Part shown: positions 1-9,429 of the stretch, piece after piece
How the letters are laid out: every line of letters begins with the position of its first letter
Numbering within the stretch: position 1 is the first letter of the stretch
IMG/VR virus record: IMGVR_UViG_3300010403_000705
Location: 310,001 to 374,000 of that record
Length of the DNA stretch: 64,000 bases
Direction: 5' to 3' (one strand)
Notes under the pieces: generated by a model
Told to the model about the DNA's origin: nothing
Databases searched by the model: none
Seen by the model: the letters and a program-made list of their open reading frames with translations, nothing else
Position numbers and translations under genes: made by a program

Positions 1-1
1 T

Positions 2-739
2 ATTGATCCAGAGGCTTTGATGTCAGATGAGGATGAGCATGTTGCTTTTGGCTGCATGCCATCTTTCAATGTGTATGGGTTGAAAGTAAATATGCCTCCT
101 GCACGTGAGGTGCCTTTTAGGTCTGCCGGCGGTCATATTCACTTCGGTACTAACCGACTGACGCATGCTCAAGCTGAACCAATGGTAAAAGCATTAGATG
201 CTATTCTGGGAGTAGCGTGCGTGTCTTTGTTCGCAGAGTTTGATGATCCTAATCGTCGAAAGCTGTATGGTCTTCCTGGAGAGTATCGATTGCCTCCGCA
301 TGGATTAGAGTATCGACCTCTGAGTAACGCTTGGTTGTCGCATCCTATGATTACTAATTTGGTAATCGACCTAGCTCGTAAGTGTGTAGTCTTTGGTCGT
401 AAGAATCTATTGTCTTCGTTTTGGAAGACAACAGAAGAGGAAACGATTGATACTATCATTCGATGCGATGTGGAAACATCGCATAAAATCTTAGAGCGTA
501 ACCGAGAAGTTCTCAAACAGCTTCTCAAAGCTTCCTATCAACGTGCTGGTGATAGTGATCTTGAGACATTATTTAATGTCTTCAAGAATGGTATCGGCTC
601 AGCTATCAAAAATCCTCGTGATTTCGAGACTAATTGGAAGTTCAAAACTGGGTGGATTGCACATTATGGCGGCGCGGGTGAGCCCAATGTTGCGACGTTT
701 ATGAGTAATCGTCGTCACAATCCCAAGTATCTTATGTGA
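2..739 (+). CDS. phiEco32-like COOH-NH2 ligase type 2, paralog 1 (5'-truncated by window edge)
   Basis: Motifs FGCMPSFN, RSAGGHIHFG, PGEYRLPPHGLEYRPLSNAWL; the frame is open back to position 2; highly similar to the next two ORFs. Confidence 0.85.
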   Translation: MDPEALMSDEDEHVAFGCMPSFNVYGLKVNMPPAREVPFRSAGGHIHFGTNRLTHAQAEPMVKALDAILGVACVSLFAEFDDPNRRKLYGLPGEYRLPPHGLEYRPLSNAWLSHPMITNLVIDLARKCVVFGRKNLLSSFWKTTEEETIDTIIRCDVETSHKILERNREVLKQLLKASYQRAGDSDLETLFNVFKNGIGSAIKNPRDFETNWKFKTGWIAHYGGAGEPNVATFMSNRRHNPKYLM

Positions 740-758
740 TCATTTGTATATATTTTGT

Positions 759-794
759 TTATGGGGAAGATTGGTTAACCAATCTTCCCCATAA
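759..794. terminator. Perfect 36-bp palindrome (hairpin) after ligase 1
   Basis: TTATGGGGAAGATTGGTT|AACCAATCTTCCCCATAA, intergenic, T-rich flanks. Confidence 0.7.
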
Positions 795-888
795 TATTTT
801 GTAATATAGCAATGCTTAGCTTACCCATCCTCACTGTATAAGCATCATGTAAGTACATAATGTAAGCCTTTGGTTAAAAGGATTCAAA

Positions 889-2256
889 ATGAAGATTAAA
901 ATTTCTGATTTGATTAGCACGGGACATTCTGCTGTTGTTCAACATAAGAGTGGATATATTGGTCCGACTTATTATTTGAAGCGAAATAGTAATGAACTTT
1001 CTCGCGATTTGTATGCTGATGGATATTTTTTACCGGATGAAAAGTTTATTATCGTCAATGCTTATAGGCAAGGCGAAGTAACGCATATGTCAGTGGCTAA
1101 TTCATATGATTTTAAAGTACGTGGATATTATGTACCTTATGATCAGGAATTTGATCTGTTAGAGAATGATGATCTTAGTTTTGCTTGGGACGAGGTTAGA
1201 AAATCTAATGTGTCAAGATATCTTCATCATGGATTTACTATTGGTTCTGATCCAGAGATTTTTGTTGAGGATCGAAATGGAAATATGATTCCTGCTTTCC
1301 TATTCCTTGGTTCTAAGGAAGAACCCAATCATACTGCGATAGGTGATCATTATGGTTCCGATGGTGGTCATCCTATGTACTGGGATGGTTTTCAAGCAGA
1401 GTTTACCACTCGTGCCGGACATTGCTTGGAGTATCATACAGACTCAGTAGCTGCTGGTATTAAAGGCGTCTATGATGCAGCTAGGAAAAAATTTCCAGAT
1501 GCACGTCTTAGCTGTCGTAATGTTTTTGATATCTCTAATGATATGCTACAAACTGCTAAAGAAGAGCATGTAGCTTTCGGATGTATGCCGAGCTTTAATG
1601 CTTATGGATTGCAGGTGAATATGCCTCCTGCTCGTGAGGTGTCTTTCAGATCTGCTGGCGGTCATATTCATTTTGGTCTAGGTAAAATTACCAATGACTC
1701 TGCTGTCAGTATTGTTAAAGCATTAGATATGATTGTCGGTGTATCCTGTGTTAGTCTTTTCGATAAATTTGATAATCGAAAAAGAAGAATGATGTATGGT
1801 CTTCCTGGAGAGTATCGATTGCCTCCGCATGGATTAGAGTATCGTACACTTTCCAATGCCTGGCTTATTCATCCTTTCATTATGAATCTGGTGATCGATA
1901 TTGCTAGAAAAGCTGTGGTATTGAGCCAACGTGGTTGGCTAGATCTGTGGGTAAGTGACGAAGAAGAAACGATTGATACTATTATGAGATGCGATGTTGA
2001 GCAAGCTCGTAAGTCTTTGGAAACAAATAAAAAGACATTTATCAATCTGCTTAGTGCTTCTTATATATGGGCTTCTCAAATAGATTTAAATATATTATAT
2101 AATATCTTTTTTAATGGTCTAAAGAGTGTCATTCATGATCCAAATGATTTTGTAGGAAATTGGAAAATCAATGGTGGGTGGTTTCGTTTAGCGAGGGCTG
2201 ATAAGTGTAATGTTAGTCGAAGCATGGAAGACCTTCGTATTGGCAATAAGTTATAG
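889..2256 (+). CDS. phiEco32-like COOH-NH2 ligase type 2, paralog 2
   Basis: FTIGSDPEIFV, DGFQAEF, GGHIHFG, GEYRLPPHGLEYRTLSNAWL; about 115-aa variable N-terminal domain. Confidence 0.85.
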   Translation: MKIKISDLISTGHSAVVQHKSGYIGPTYYLKRNSNELSRDLYADGYFLPDEKFIIVNAYRQGEVTHMSVANSYDFKVRGYYVPYDQEFDLLENDDLSFAWDEVRKSNVSRYLHHGFTIGSDPEIFVEDRNGNMIPAFLFLGSKEEPNHTAIGDHYGSDGGHPMYWDGFQAEFTTRAGHCLEYHTDSVAAGIKGVYDAARKKFPDARLSCRNVFDISNDMLQTAKEEHVAFGCMPSFNAYGLQVNMPPAREVSFRSAGGHIHFGLGKITNDSAVSIVKALDMIVGVSCVSLFDKFDNRKRRMMYGLPGEYRLPPHGLEYRTLSNAWLIHPFIMNLVIDIARKAVVLSQRGWLDLWVSDEEETIDTIMRCDVEQARKSLETNKKTFINLLSASYIWASQIDLNILYNIFFNGLKSVIHDPNDFVGNWKINGGWFRLARADKCNVSRSMEDLRIGNKL

Positions 2257-2329
2257 AGTCACCCATCGTATACGATGATAGACTAATAAGGCAAGCAATA
2301 AGTTAACACACAAATTTCAAGGAACGAAA

Positions 2330-3742
2330 ATGAAGATTACTGATATTCGAAATAGTGGACGATCAATGGCGGTGAAAGTAGCGAAGCGTGATGTCTCTGC
2401 CAGATATTATTTGCGGCGAGATGGTACGCCCACTCAGGATGTACAGATTGAACCATATTCTTTTCCATCGGATGTGTTTGGTATTATTGCAACATACGAT
2501 CGTCATGATTATGTAATTGCAAGCATCATTGATTTCTGTAATTCCAGCCGAGCGCCGCGGAACTATTATATTCCACTGGATTTGGAGTTTACAGAGATTA
2601 CTGCTGACGATCCTTTGTACCAAAAATGGGTCACGTATCAAACGCAGCATCTAGAGATCATGTTGCCTCATGATTTCAGTATTGGTTCTGATCCAGAGAT
2701 TTTTGTTGAGGATAAGGATGGTACGCATATTCCAGCTTTCCTATTCCTTGGATCTAAGGAGGCGCCTGATCGTACTCCTTCTTGGGGAGGTTACGATAAT
2801 AATGGTGGATGCACTATGTATTGGGATGGCTTCCAGGCAGAATTCACAACCAAAGCTGGTGGTTGTTTAGAGTATCATACAGACTCAGTAGCGGCTGGAC
2901 TTCGTGGAGTATATGATGCTGCCCGTCAGAAGTTTCCTAATGCCAGACTTAGCTTGAAGAGTGTAGTAGATATTCCCCATAGCATGTTGGAAGAAGCTGA
3001 AGATCAGTATGTAGCTTTCGGATGTATGCCCAGCTTTAATGCTTATGGAATTAGAGTAAACATGCCTCCTGCACGTGAGGTGCCTTTTAGATCTGCAGGT
3101 GGTCATATTCATTTTGGGATTGGTAAGCTTACTCAAGAGCAAGCTACTCCCATCGTCAAGGCGCTGGATGCTATTCTGGGAGTAGCGTGCGTGTCTTTGT
3201 TTGCTAACTATGATAGTCGAAAACGTAGGCATCTGTATGGTCTTCCTGGAGAGTATCGATTGCCTCCGCATGGATTAGAGTATCGACCTCTGAGTAACGC
3301 TTGGTTGTGTCACCCTTTCATCATGAATCTGGTGATTGATGTGGCAAGAAAGGTACTTGTCCTTGGGCAAAAGGGTTTGCTGAATCTGTGGCAAGGAAAT
3401 GAAGAAGAAACCATTGACATCATGATTCGTTCAGATGTAGAAGGTGCTCGTGAATCCTTAAAAAGAAACAAGGAAATCTTCATCAAAATTCTGGAATCTT
3501 GCTATGTTATTTATAATCGTTGGGCAACTCCTCAGGACCTAGAAATGTTCTATGGTATTTTCCTCAATGGATTAGAAACTGCTATCGCAGATCCTAGCAA
3601 TTTTGTCAAGAATTGGTATCTGAATGGCACTTCACGTGATAACTATGATGATAATGGTAGGGCTTGGCGCAAGCAAGCCTCTGGTTTACACGCCAATGTA
3701 AAGCGTAGCATGGATACGCTTCGCGATGGTAAGAAGCTGTAA
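2330..3742 (+). CDS. phiEco32-like COOH-NH2 ligase type 2, paralog 3
   Basis: FSIGSDPEIFV, DGFQAEF, GGHIHFG, GEYRLPPHGLEYRPLSNAWL. Confidence 0.85.
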   Translation: MKITDIRNSGRSMAVKVAKRDVSARYYLRRDGTPTQDVQIEPYSFPSDVFGIIATYDRHDYVIASIIDFCNSSRAPRNYYIPLDLEFTEITADDPLYQKWVTYQTQHLEIMLPHDFSIGSDPEIFVEDKDGTHIPAFLFLGSKEAPDRTPSWGGYDNNGGCTMYWDGFQAEFTTKAGGCLEYHTDSVAAGLRGVYDAARQKFPNARLSLKSVVDIPHSMLEEAEDQYVAFGCMPSFNAYGIRVNMPPAREVPFRSAGGHIHFGIGKLTQEQATPIVKALDAILGVACVSLFANYDSRKRRHLYGLPGEYRLPPHGLEYRPLSNAWLCHPFIMNLVIDVARKVLVLGQKGLLNLWQGNEEETIDIMIRSDVEGARESLKRNKEIFIKILESCYVIYNRWATPQDLEMFYGIFLNGLETAIADPSNFVKNWYLNGTSRDNYDDNGRAWRKQASGLHANVKRSMDTLRDGKKL

Positions 3743-3749
3743 ATCGGTA

Positions 3750-3791
3750 CATGAGGTTATTGGAGGCGTGAATGCCTCCAATAACCTCATG
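3750..3791 (+). terminator. 18-bp stem hairpin after ligase 3
   Basis: CATGAGGTTATTGGAGGC-GTGAAT-GCCTCCAATAACCTCATG followed by GTTTT. Confidence 0.7.
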
Positions 3792-3804
3792 GTTTTAAGA
3801 TAAT

Positions 3805-4827
3805 ATGCTTTCACTCCTGTTTAAGGTAATAGTTATGACGATAAGACCCTGGATGCAGCAATCACAAGGTCAACAAAGATTAAGAATTGCTGAGCCTTCA
3901 CCAACTCCTAAACAAGAAGTTGATACTGAAAAAAGGTTTGCTGGTGATTGGAATAAGGATGATGAGAACGCAGACACACAACCTGGTATTGGAACAACTA
4001 TCATTAAACATTCACCTCAACAGGAGATGAGTAAAGTGTATACCCCCTATAGTTATAAACCTACGCCGTCAGAAACTTCAAACAAAATATTTGTTTATGG
4101 GACGTGCATGACAGGTTTTTCTTTGAATAAAGTAGTAGCTCGCGACGGTTATATTAGTCCGGCGACAACAACCGCTGTTTATCGTATGATTAATATGTAT
4201 GATGAATATCCCACTATTTTAACGGGTGGTCATACTCGTATCATAGGACAACTATATTATACCACTAGGCGAACTTTGGAATTTTTGGATTCGGTTATGG
4301 ATTGTCCGAGCTTACATCATCGTGATATTATCTCCTTAGAAGATGGAACGCGTGCACATGCCTACATTATCAATCGCTGGAAGACTCCTCTTCGAGAAGA
4401 AGAAATTTTATCAGGAGACTGGATTGAATGGAAGAAGAACTCTCGAACACGAGAGAAAGAAAGAAAAGAAAAATTCAAAGCATTGATGGCTCGTGGTAAA
4501 GCAGAAGCTAAAGCTCGCCAACAAGCTATGGCAGACGATGTTATGACTACTGCTAATGATACAAAACTTACCAGTGTAGTCAAACGCTGGGACCCTATTA
4601 GAGGCGAATTCACTTATTCATTGAATACCTCGGAATCTAAAGTGAGCCCGAATGTTAGTGATAAGAGCATCTCTTCTGTAAGAAATGTTCATATCTCTGA
4701 TATTCCATTATCGGATTTAAAAATCAAATTGATTAATGACGGTATTAATCCTGAAGATTTAGAAGAGCATGCCATACGAATTGCATGCATGTCACGCTAT
4801 GGCTTATGGTATCAGATTGAAGATTAG
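3805..4827 (+). CDS. Gamma-glutamylcyclotransferase (AIG2-like) domain protein with N- and C-terminal extensions
   Basis: IFVYGTCMTG...YPTI...IIGQLY...LEFLD...HHR...AHAY...SGDW; catalytic Glu position appears altered (LDSVM vs LDRVE); start may be 3835. Confidence 0.75.
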   Translation: MLSLLFKVIVMTIRPWMQQSQGQQRLRIAEPSPTPKQEVDTEKRFAGDWNKDDENADTQPGIGTTIIKHSPQQEMSKVYTPYSYKPTPSETSNKIFVYGTCMTGFSLNKVVARDGYISPATTTAVYRMINMYDEYPTILTGGHTRIIGQLYYTTRRTLEFLDSVMDCPSLHHRDIISLEDGTRAHAYIINRWKTPLREEEILSGDWIEWKKNSRTREKERKEKFKALMARGKAEAKARQQAMADDVMTTANDTKLTSVVKRWDPIRGEFTYSLNTSESKVSPNVSDKSISSVRNVHISDIPLSDLKIKLINDGINPEDLEEHAIRIACMSRYGLWYQIED

Positions 4828-4853
4828 AAGTTAGAAGGAAAGCATAATGAATC

Positions 4854-5096
4854 ATGAAAAAGTATCGACAAGGGCGTGGGCAACGCCCTCTTGAAGTACC
4901 AGATCTTCCTTCTAAAGAAGAGTATGATTTGGCATACCAGATCAATTGGGGAACTAAATCATACCCATCTAAAAGACTTGGAAATATTGATAGAGATAGA
5001 TTATGGGTTGAAGTGATTAAGATTCATAATTCAAAATCTCTAGAAGATAGAAAATGGGTTAGTAGATTCCTTATTGGTTTAGGGTTTGCCCAATGA
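4854..5096 (+). CDS. Small hypothetical protein, RG-x-LP(S/T)xE family member 1
   Basis: N-terminus KKYRQGRGQRPLEVPDLPSKEE shared with the next two ORFs. Confidence 0.6.
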   Translation: MKKYRQGRGQRPLEVPDLPSKEEYDLAYQINWGTKSYPSKRLGNIDRDRLWVEVIKIHNSKSLEDRKWVSRFLIGLGFAQ

Positions 5097-5347
5097 AAAA
5101 GGTTAGAGTGCGACGTGGGAGCGCAGCCTTAGAAGTCTATGAAATGCCTACCAGAGAAGTATGGATAGACGCATACACACGCTTATATGCTAGCACAGAC
5201 TATAGATTTTTTTCTATGAAAAAAGAAAAGATTTTTTCTTGCGAAGAGTTATATCAAGCAACCTTATTGTCACTGCGATCCGTATCACCTAATAATAGAA
5301 GTTGGGGTATCAATATCCTTAGACATTTTTGTTTACCCATCGTCTAA
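5093..5347 (+). CDS. Small hypothetical protein, RG-x-LP(S/T)xE family member 2
   Basis: KKVRVRRGSAALEVYEMPTRE; ATGA overlap with upstream ORF. Confidence 0.6.
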   Translation: MKKVRVRRGSAALEVYEMPTREVWIDAYTRLYASTDYRFFSMKKEKIFSCEELYQATLLSLRSVSPNNRSWGINILRHFCLPIV

Positions 5348-5362
5348 TGAAGTTTGGATAAT

Positions 5363-5752
5363 ATGAGAAAAGTAAAAGTTAAAAGAGGATTGCCTCCTTT
5401 AGAAGTTGCTGTTTTGCCCACCAAAGAACAGTTTAATTCTCAGTGGAAAGAACGTGTAGCTGCCTATTGGCAACCAATACATGTAGCAGATGTTCCTATA
5501 AATGACTTACGCGAAGCTTTACGTTCTGAAGGTGTTAATGTTGATTTATTAAGTGAATCATCTATCAAACTTGAATTTATCTCGCGATTTGGACCATATT
5601 GGACCTCACCGAATAGAACTATGTCTACAGAGTGGGGCTTACTTAATCGTGACCAACTGTGGAATAAAATGGTGGAAGTCCATAATGTTTCACATGACAT
5701 AAGAGAAATCCATCATTATAATGCATGGTTACAACATTTACATTTAAGGTAA
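5363..5752 (+). CDS. Small hypothetical protein, RG-x-LP(S/T)xE family member 3
   Basis: RKVKVKRGLPPLEVAVLPTKE; internal segment resembles the C-terminus of the 3805 ORF. Confidence 0.6.
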   Translation: MRKVKVKRGLPPLEVAVLPTKEQFNSQWKERVAAYWQPIHVADVPINDLREALRSEGVNVDLLSESSIKLEFISRFGPYWTSPNRTMSTEWGLLNRDQLWNKMVEVHNVSHDIREIHHYNAWLQHLHLR

Positions 5753-5768
5753 TAAGGTAATAAGGTAA
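5745..5768 (+). repeat. Tandem repeat (TAAGGTAA)x3
   Basis: Read directly; spans a stop codon and the RBS of the next gene. Confidence 0.9.
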
Positions 5769-5770
5769 TA

Positions 5771-6082
5771 ATGTATAATGTATTATTGATTACTATAGGA
5801 TTTGTGGGATATATTGTAGTCGCTGCATTTGTTTTTGGATGCGCTAGGAGCCTTATTAAAAACGATGAATTAGAAACATTAACATGTGCAGCATTTTGGC
5901 CAATCGTTGTACCACTTTATATTCTTTATAGTATATGTGAATCTCAGAGTAATTTTGGTTTTTATTTTACTGAACGACGTCTCATTAAGTTGAGTAACAA
6001 ATTAAATCATCAGAAACAAATTACTCAAGAACTAGAGAATTTAGAGAAGGAAATAGATCGAGTATATAAAAATGTGATGTAG
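5771..6082 (+). CDS. Small membrane protein
   Basis: Two hydrophobic segments with FWP motif, C-terminal coiled coil. Confidence 0.6.
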   Translation: MYNVLLITIGFVGYIVVAAFVFGCARSLIKNDELETLTCAAFWPIVVPLYILYSICESQSNFGFYFTERRLIKLSNKLNHQKQITQELENLEKEIDRVYKNVM

Positions 6083-6122
6083 TAGCTAAACAAATAAAAA
6101 GTTTCAACTGAAGTTAGATTAC

Positions 6123-6353
6123 TCAAATGCCGTGATAGTTGTTGAGGTTTTATCTTCCGTGCGACTTGCACAGCCGTGCCTGGGAAGCATGAAACTATCT
6201 TATGACATAACTGAAATGTTATGATGTTAATGATGGCAACATTCTAGAATGGAAGTTTATTCTTCTTTGTTTCTAGAAAACAGACCATTTTTATTATTGG
6301 CGATGTCTTCGTACCTCTGCCAACATAAGTCATCACACGGATAAAACATTTGA
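6123..6353 (+). ncRNA. Putative structured non-coding RNA upstream of the tRNA-Val-like gene
   Basis: ORF-free gap; closing helices TCAAATG/CATTTGA and CCGTG/CACGG; internal stems GATAGTT/AACTATC, CTTCC/GGAAG, TTCTAGAA pair, TTGGC/GCCAA. Confidence 0.45.
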
Positions 6354-6550
6354 ATTGATAGGTCTTCCCATCACTTTAGAATCGGTTCTTGCATCATATG
6401 ATGCGTTTCTTACGAAACAATAATTCATAGATAAAAATAGAATAATTACTAAATTGATGTATGTGAAGAATAGGGATAGAGTTCCAAGTTAATCTGGTAT
6501 ACTCTATACGCTTTGTATTTTGGTTAGTTACTTAATCATATTTTTATTAT

Positions 6551-6752
6551 GTACCTTTAGCTTAAAAGACAATACCGACGCATTATAATTCTTTGTATTT
6601 TCTCTGCAAAGAGACGTAGCATTTTAACCTCTCCCTCATAAGAGATAATGTTGAATGGTGACGTACATCGTTGATTATAGACTTCTGGTATTAGGACGAG
6701 CACCCTTCTAACACAAGGGAGGTTGAGGGTTCGAGCCCCTCAAGGTACACCA
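6551..6752 (+). tRNA. tRNA-Val(AAC) with ~125-nt structured insertion in the D-loop
   Basis: Acceptor GTACCTT/AAGGTAC, A73, encoded CCA; D stem GCTT/GAGC; anticodon arm CCCTT-CTAACAC-AAGGG; T arm GAGGG-TTCGAGC-CCCTC; the D-loop spans 6564-6697. Confidence 0.8.
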
Positions 6753-7121
6753 AATTGAAACGGAGAGACATTATGATTAGCGAACCAGGTAATGTTCATA
6801 CTGTGTTTTTGAAGTTACAATATTTTTTTCCAGATGATATTTGTATGGGCTGGCTGCATGCAGCCATAGAAGAATTTGATGCTAATGAAGATCTTATTAA
6901 GGACTTAATACATAAGATCAACCGTAAAGATTGGCCAGGAAAAATAGAGGCTAAGAAGTTTCTTCGCCACTTAAATGATGTCTTCTAAATCAGAGATGCT
7001 GCAAACTCTGAATTTTTAATTACTGAATACAATACATTTAATGGCAAGTGCATTCGCTGTAAAAATAAGTAGCTCTAGTCTGAGCTATGTTAACAAACAA
7101 CCAATAAGAAAGAGGAATTAG

Positions 7122-7448
7122 ATGGCAACGAAATTTATGTATCTGCGAGCAACACGTGATTCTCAACCTGTGGGATGTATGGCTTTTGATTCGGATGAGC
7201 GTGGTGTTCGATATCAAATTGCAGTTTTGAATCCAGTAGATACTTTTGATCGCACGAGAGGTCGAAGTATCGCAGAAGCGCGTCTACAAAAAAATCCCAT
7301 CAGAGTTGAGTTTCCAGAAGCTAGTGTTGTTGAGCTATCAAACTGGGATGTTCTCAGCACTTTGATGAGTCACCTAGCAGCCAGCAAGAGCGCCCCATCC
7401 CGAGCTGTACGAACTGCTCGCCATTGGCTAATTGCTCATACCAACTAA
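7122..7448 (+). CDS. Hypothetical protein
   Basis: ORF with GAGG RBS; DTFDRTRGRSIA motif of a kind seen in phage proteins. Confidence 0.55.
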   Translation: MATKFMYLRATRDSQPVGCMAFDSDERGVRYQIAVLNPVDTFDRTRGRSIAEARLQKNPIRVEFPEASVVELSNWDVLSTLMSHLAASKSAPSRAVRTARHWLIAHTN

Positions 7449-8015
7449 GATATGAAGAAGTATTTTTTAATTGGTGGCATACCATATAGGTCGTACACTG
7501 GTACTGGCACATTTGTTGGATTAAAAGTTGTTGGTCAGTATGATTCAATTGAAGAAGTAGAGACGGCGGTTAAGCTTCATTATGAAGAGTGTGGAGGTCT
7601 ATTAATGGTATTAGACTCTACTACTGGTCAAGAATTAGTTGAAAATTCTCAGGTATAGAAGAAAGGTTATATTTCATATGTCACATCATGGTGGTAAAGG
7701 ATATCCACATACCGCACAGATTCGGTCAGAGCGCCGCGATCGTGCTATTGCAGTTACCGCAGAAAGCGGGTATAGTAAATTAACGACTGAGGAAAAGTTG
7801 AAGCGAGTTCTTGCTTTTGTTTCCGTGCCTGGTAATGGTAAAGCAGAGAAGCAACTAGCGAAGCTTCAACTTCAATTGAAGAAAGACAAGGAACCAAAAC
7901 CTGTTAAAAACAAAGAAGTAGAAGCGCCGCTAGTAGTGTCTAAAAAGACGGATGATAATCATAACTATCAGGTCGAGCAAGCGTATAATAAGCGCAGTCA
8001 TAAGGTGCGTAAATA

Positions 8016-8282
8016 ATGCTATTCATGATTATTGAAACATTTAAAGGTGGTAACCCAAAACCTGTATATGAGAGATTTAAGCAGCGAGGGCGCCTTGCGC
8101 CTGAAGGCTTAACGTATGTCTCAAGTTGGGTGTCAGATAAGGGTACTGTGTGTTATCAAATCATGGAATGCGCAGACATTAATTTGATTCATCAATGGAT
8201 TGAAAAATGGAATGACCTGGTAGAATTCGAAGTCATCCCAGTAGTAACTTCTATTGAGGCGGCGAAACTTTTTTCTGCCTAG
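8016..8282 (+). CDS. DUF3303-family protein
   Basis: MLFMIIETFK...VYERF...GR..PEGL.YVSSWV...CYQIME...W.DLVEFEVIPV. Confidence 0.8.
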   Translation: MLFMIIETFKGGNPKPVYERFKQRGRLAPEGLTYVSSWVSDKGTVCYQIMECADINLIHQWIEKWNDLVEFEVIPVVTSIEAAKLFSA

Positions 8283-8314
8283 ATATAATAATTTGGCGTC
8301 ACAGCAAATATTCG

Positions 8315-8548
8315 GCAATGCCATTGGGCGAGATGCTGATTGATGGTAATTACTTGGATTATCATCATCTGTGGCTTTGGGCTTTCTGTAACCGTCGATA
8401 CGGGTGAAGAAAGTATGGTAAACCCGCAAGGGACCGATCTGCATAAAAAAGTATAGTGGCGAGGCACGTTGTCGAGAATGTGTCATAAGAGGGTGCACTG
8501 TGCGCATCAGTTATATGACTGGATAATGATGATACCCATTAACATTGC
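8315..8548 (+). ncRNA. Putative structured non-coding RNA upstream of a tRNA-like gene
   Basis: Closing helix GCAATG..TGGG / CCCA..CATTGC; hairpins GATGGTAAT/ATTATCATC, CCC-GCAA-GGG (GNRA), CAGTTA/TGACTG; GC higher than flanks. Confidence 0.45.
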
Positions 8549-8569
8549 TTTTTTAGAGATACCAAGATA

Positions 8570-8761
8570 GCTCCGTTCGCTGAGCGGTGAAAGCTTCGGA
8601 AATATTGATGTATGTGTTTAAGTTCGATTCTGTGTAAGCGTTGATTGAATTCTGTCCAAAGGAATTCATGTCGCTGAATGGGTGGTTGTGGAGGAGAATA
8701 GAGTCGGCGCATCTGATATGTCCGGGGAACTAAGTGCAGAGTTTGATTCTCTGCCGGAGCC
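8570..8761 (+). ncRNA. tRNA-like RNA with a 120-nt structured domain replacing the anticodon loop
   Basis: Acceptor GCTCCG/CGGAGC; D arm GCT-GAGCGGTGAA-AGC; anticodon stem TCGGA(8596-8600)/TCCGG(8721-8725); T arm CAGAG-TTTGATT-CTCTG; ends C-CTA. Confidence 0.7.
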
Positions 8762-9429
8762 CTATTTGCTAAAAGAAATATAACATTTATGCATTTTGAA
8801 TATTTTGATCGTTACGCTTTATGTAAACTTTTCATTGAAAAAGAATCACCACATACATCCTATGAAAATATAGGATTTGTAATTAAAAGAGGTGAGAGTT
8901 TATTTGTAAGTCTAGCTCATGGTAGAAATAAAAATTCATTGGTAAGTTTAAGCGATCCTTCTTTTATTTCTGAAGGAAGGAAATTGGACCATGAAATTAT
9001 CCATGGTTGGGCTGTCCTTGTAAGTTAATGTTAATATGGAACCTACTTTTTGGTGGAACTATGATTTATTTCGAGTATCACAATCTTCAAGAAAACTAAT
9101 AGAGCAAGCAATTCTTGAAGGAACAATGAATTTAACTCACAATGTTAAACCAAAAATTGTGATGAATACATTCGAAGTTCTATATGATGTTGTGGTGCAT
9201 AAGAACGGAAGTCATCCTGGTTGGGTGAGTATCTCTTTGTTTAGATGTATGGAATGTAAATTATTCCTTAATCAACTTAAATGTTGGAGATGTTCTCAAA
9301 CTTCCCATCAATCTCACTCTTAATCATGGTATACATGTAAGACATGCAATAGTGATTCTAGCAAAATTCTGGCACGTATCGAATCAAATAATGACTCCTA
9401 AATTCGTGTGGTGGTCGCCCACGACGATA

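Noticed and set aside
169-3271. Minus-strand ORFs (169-528, 1668-1856, 2885-3271) with similar sequences
   Set aside because: Antisense shadows of the conserved ligase paralogs; their similarity simply mirrors the + strand repeats
2-3742. Diversity-generating retroelement (TR/VR) behind the repeated ligase segments
   Set aside because: Repeats are identical or differ without adenine bias, lie in catalytic cores, and no reverse transcriptase is present in the window
6564-6697. Group I or group II intron in tRNA-Val
   Set aside because: Far too short; no P7 core or domain V recognisable
8570-8761. tmRNA (ssrA) call
   Set aside because: No G3-U70 pair, D stem retained, too short, no recognisable tag reading frame
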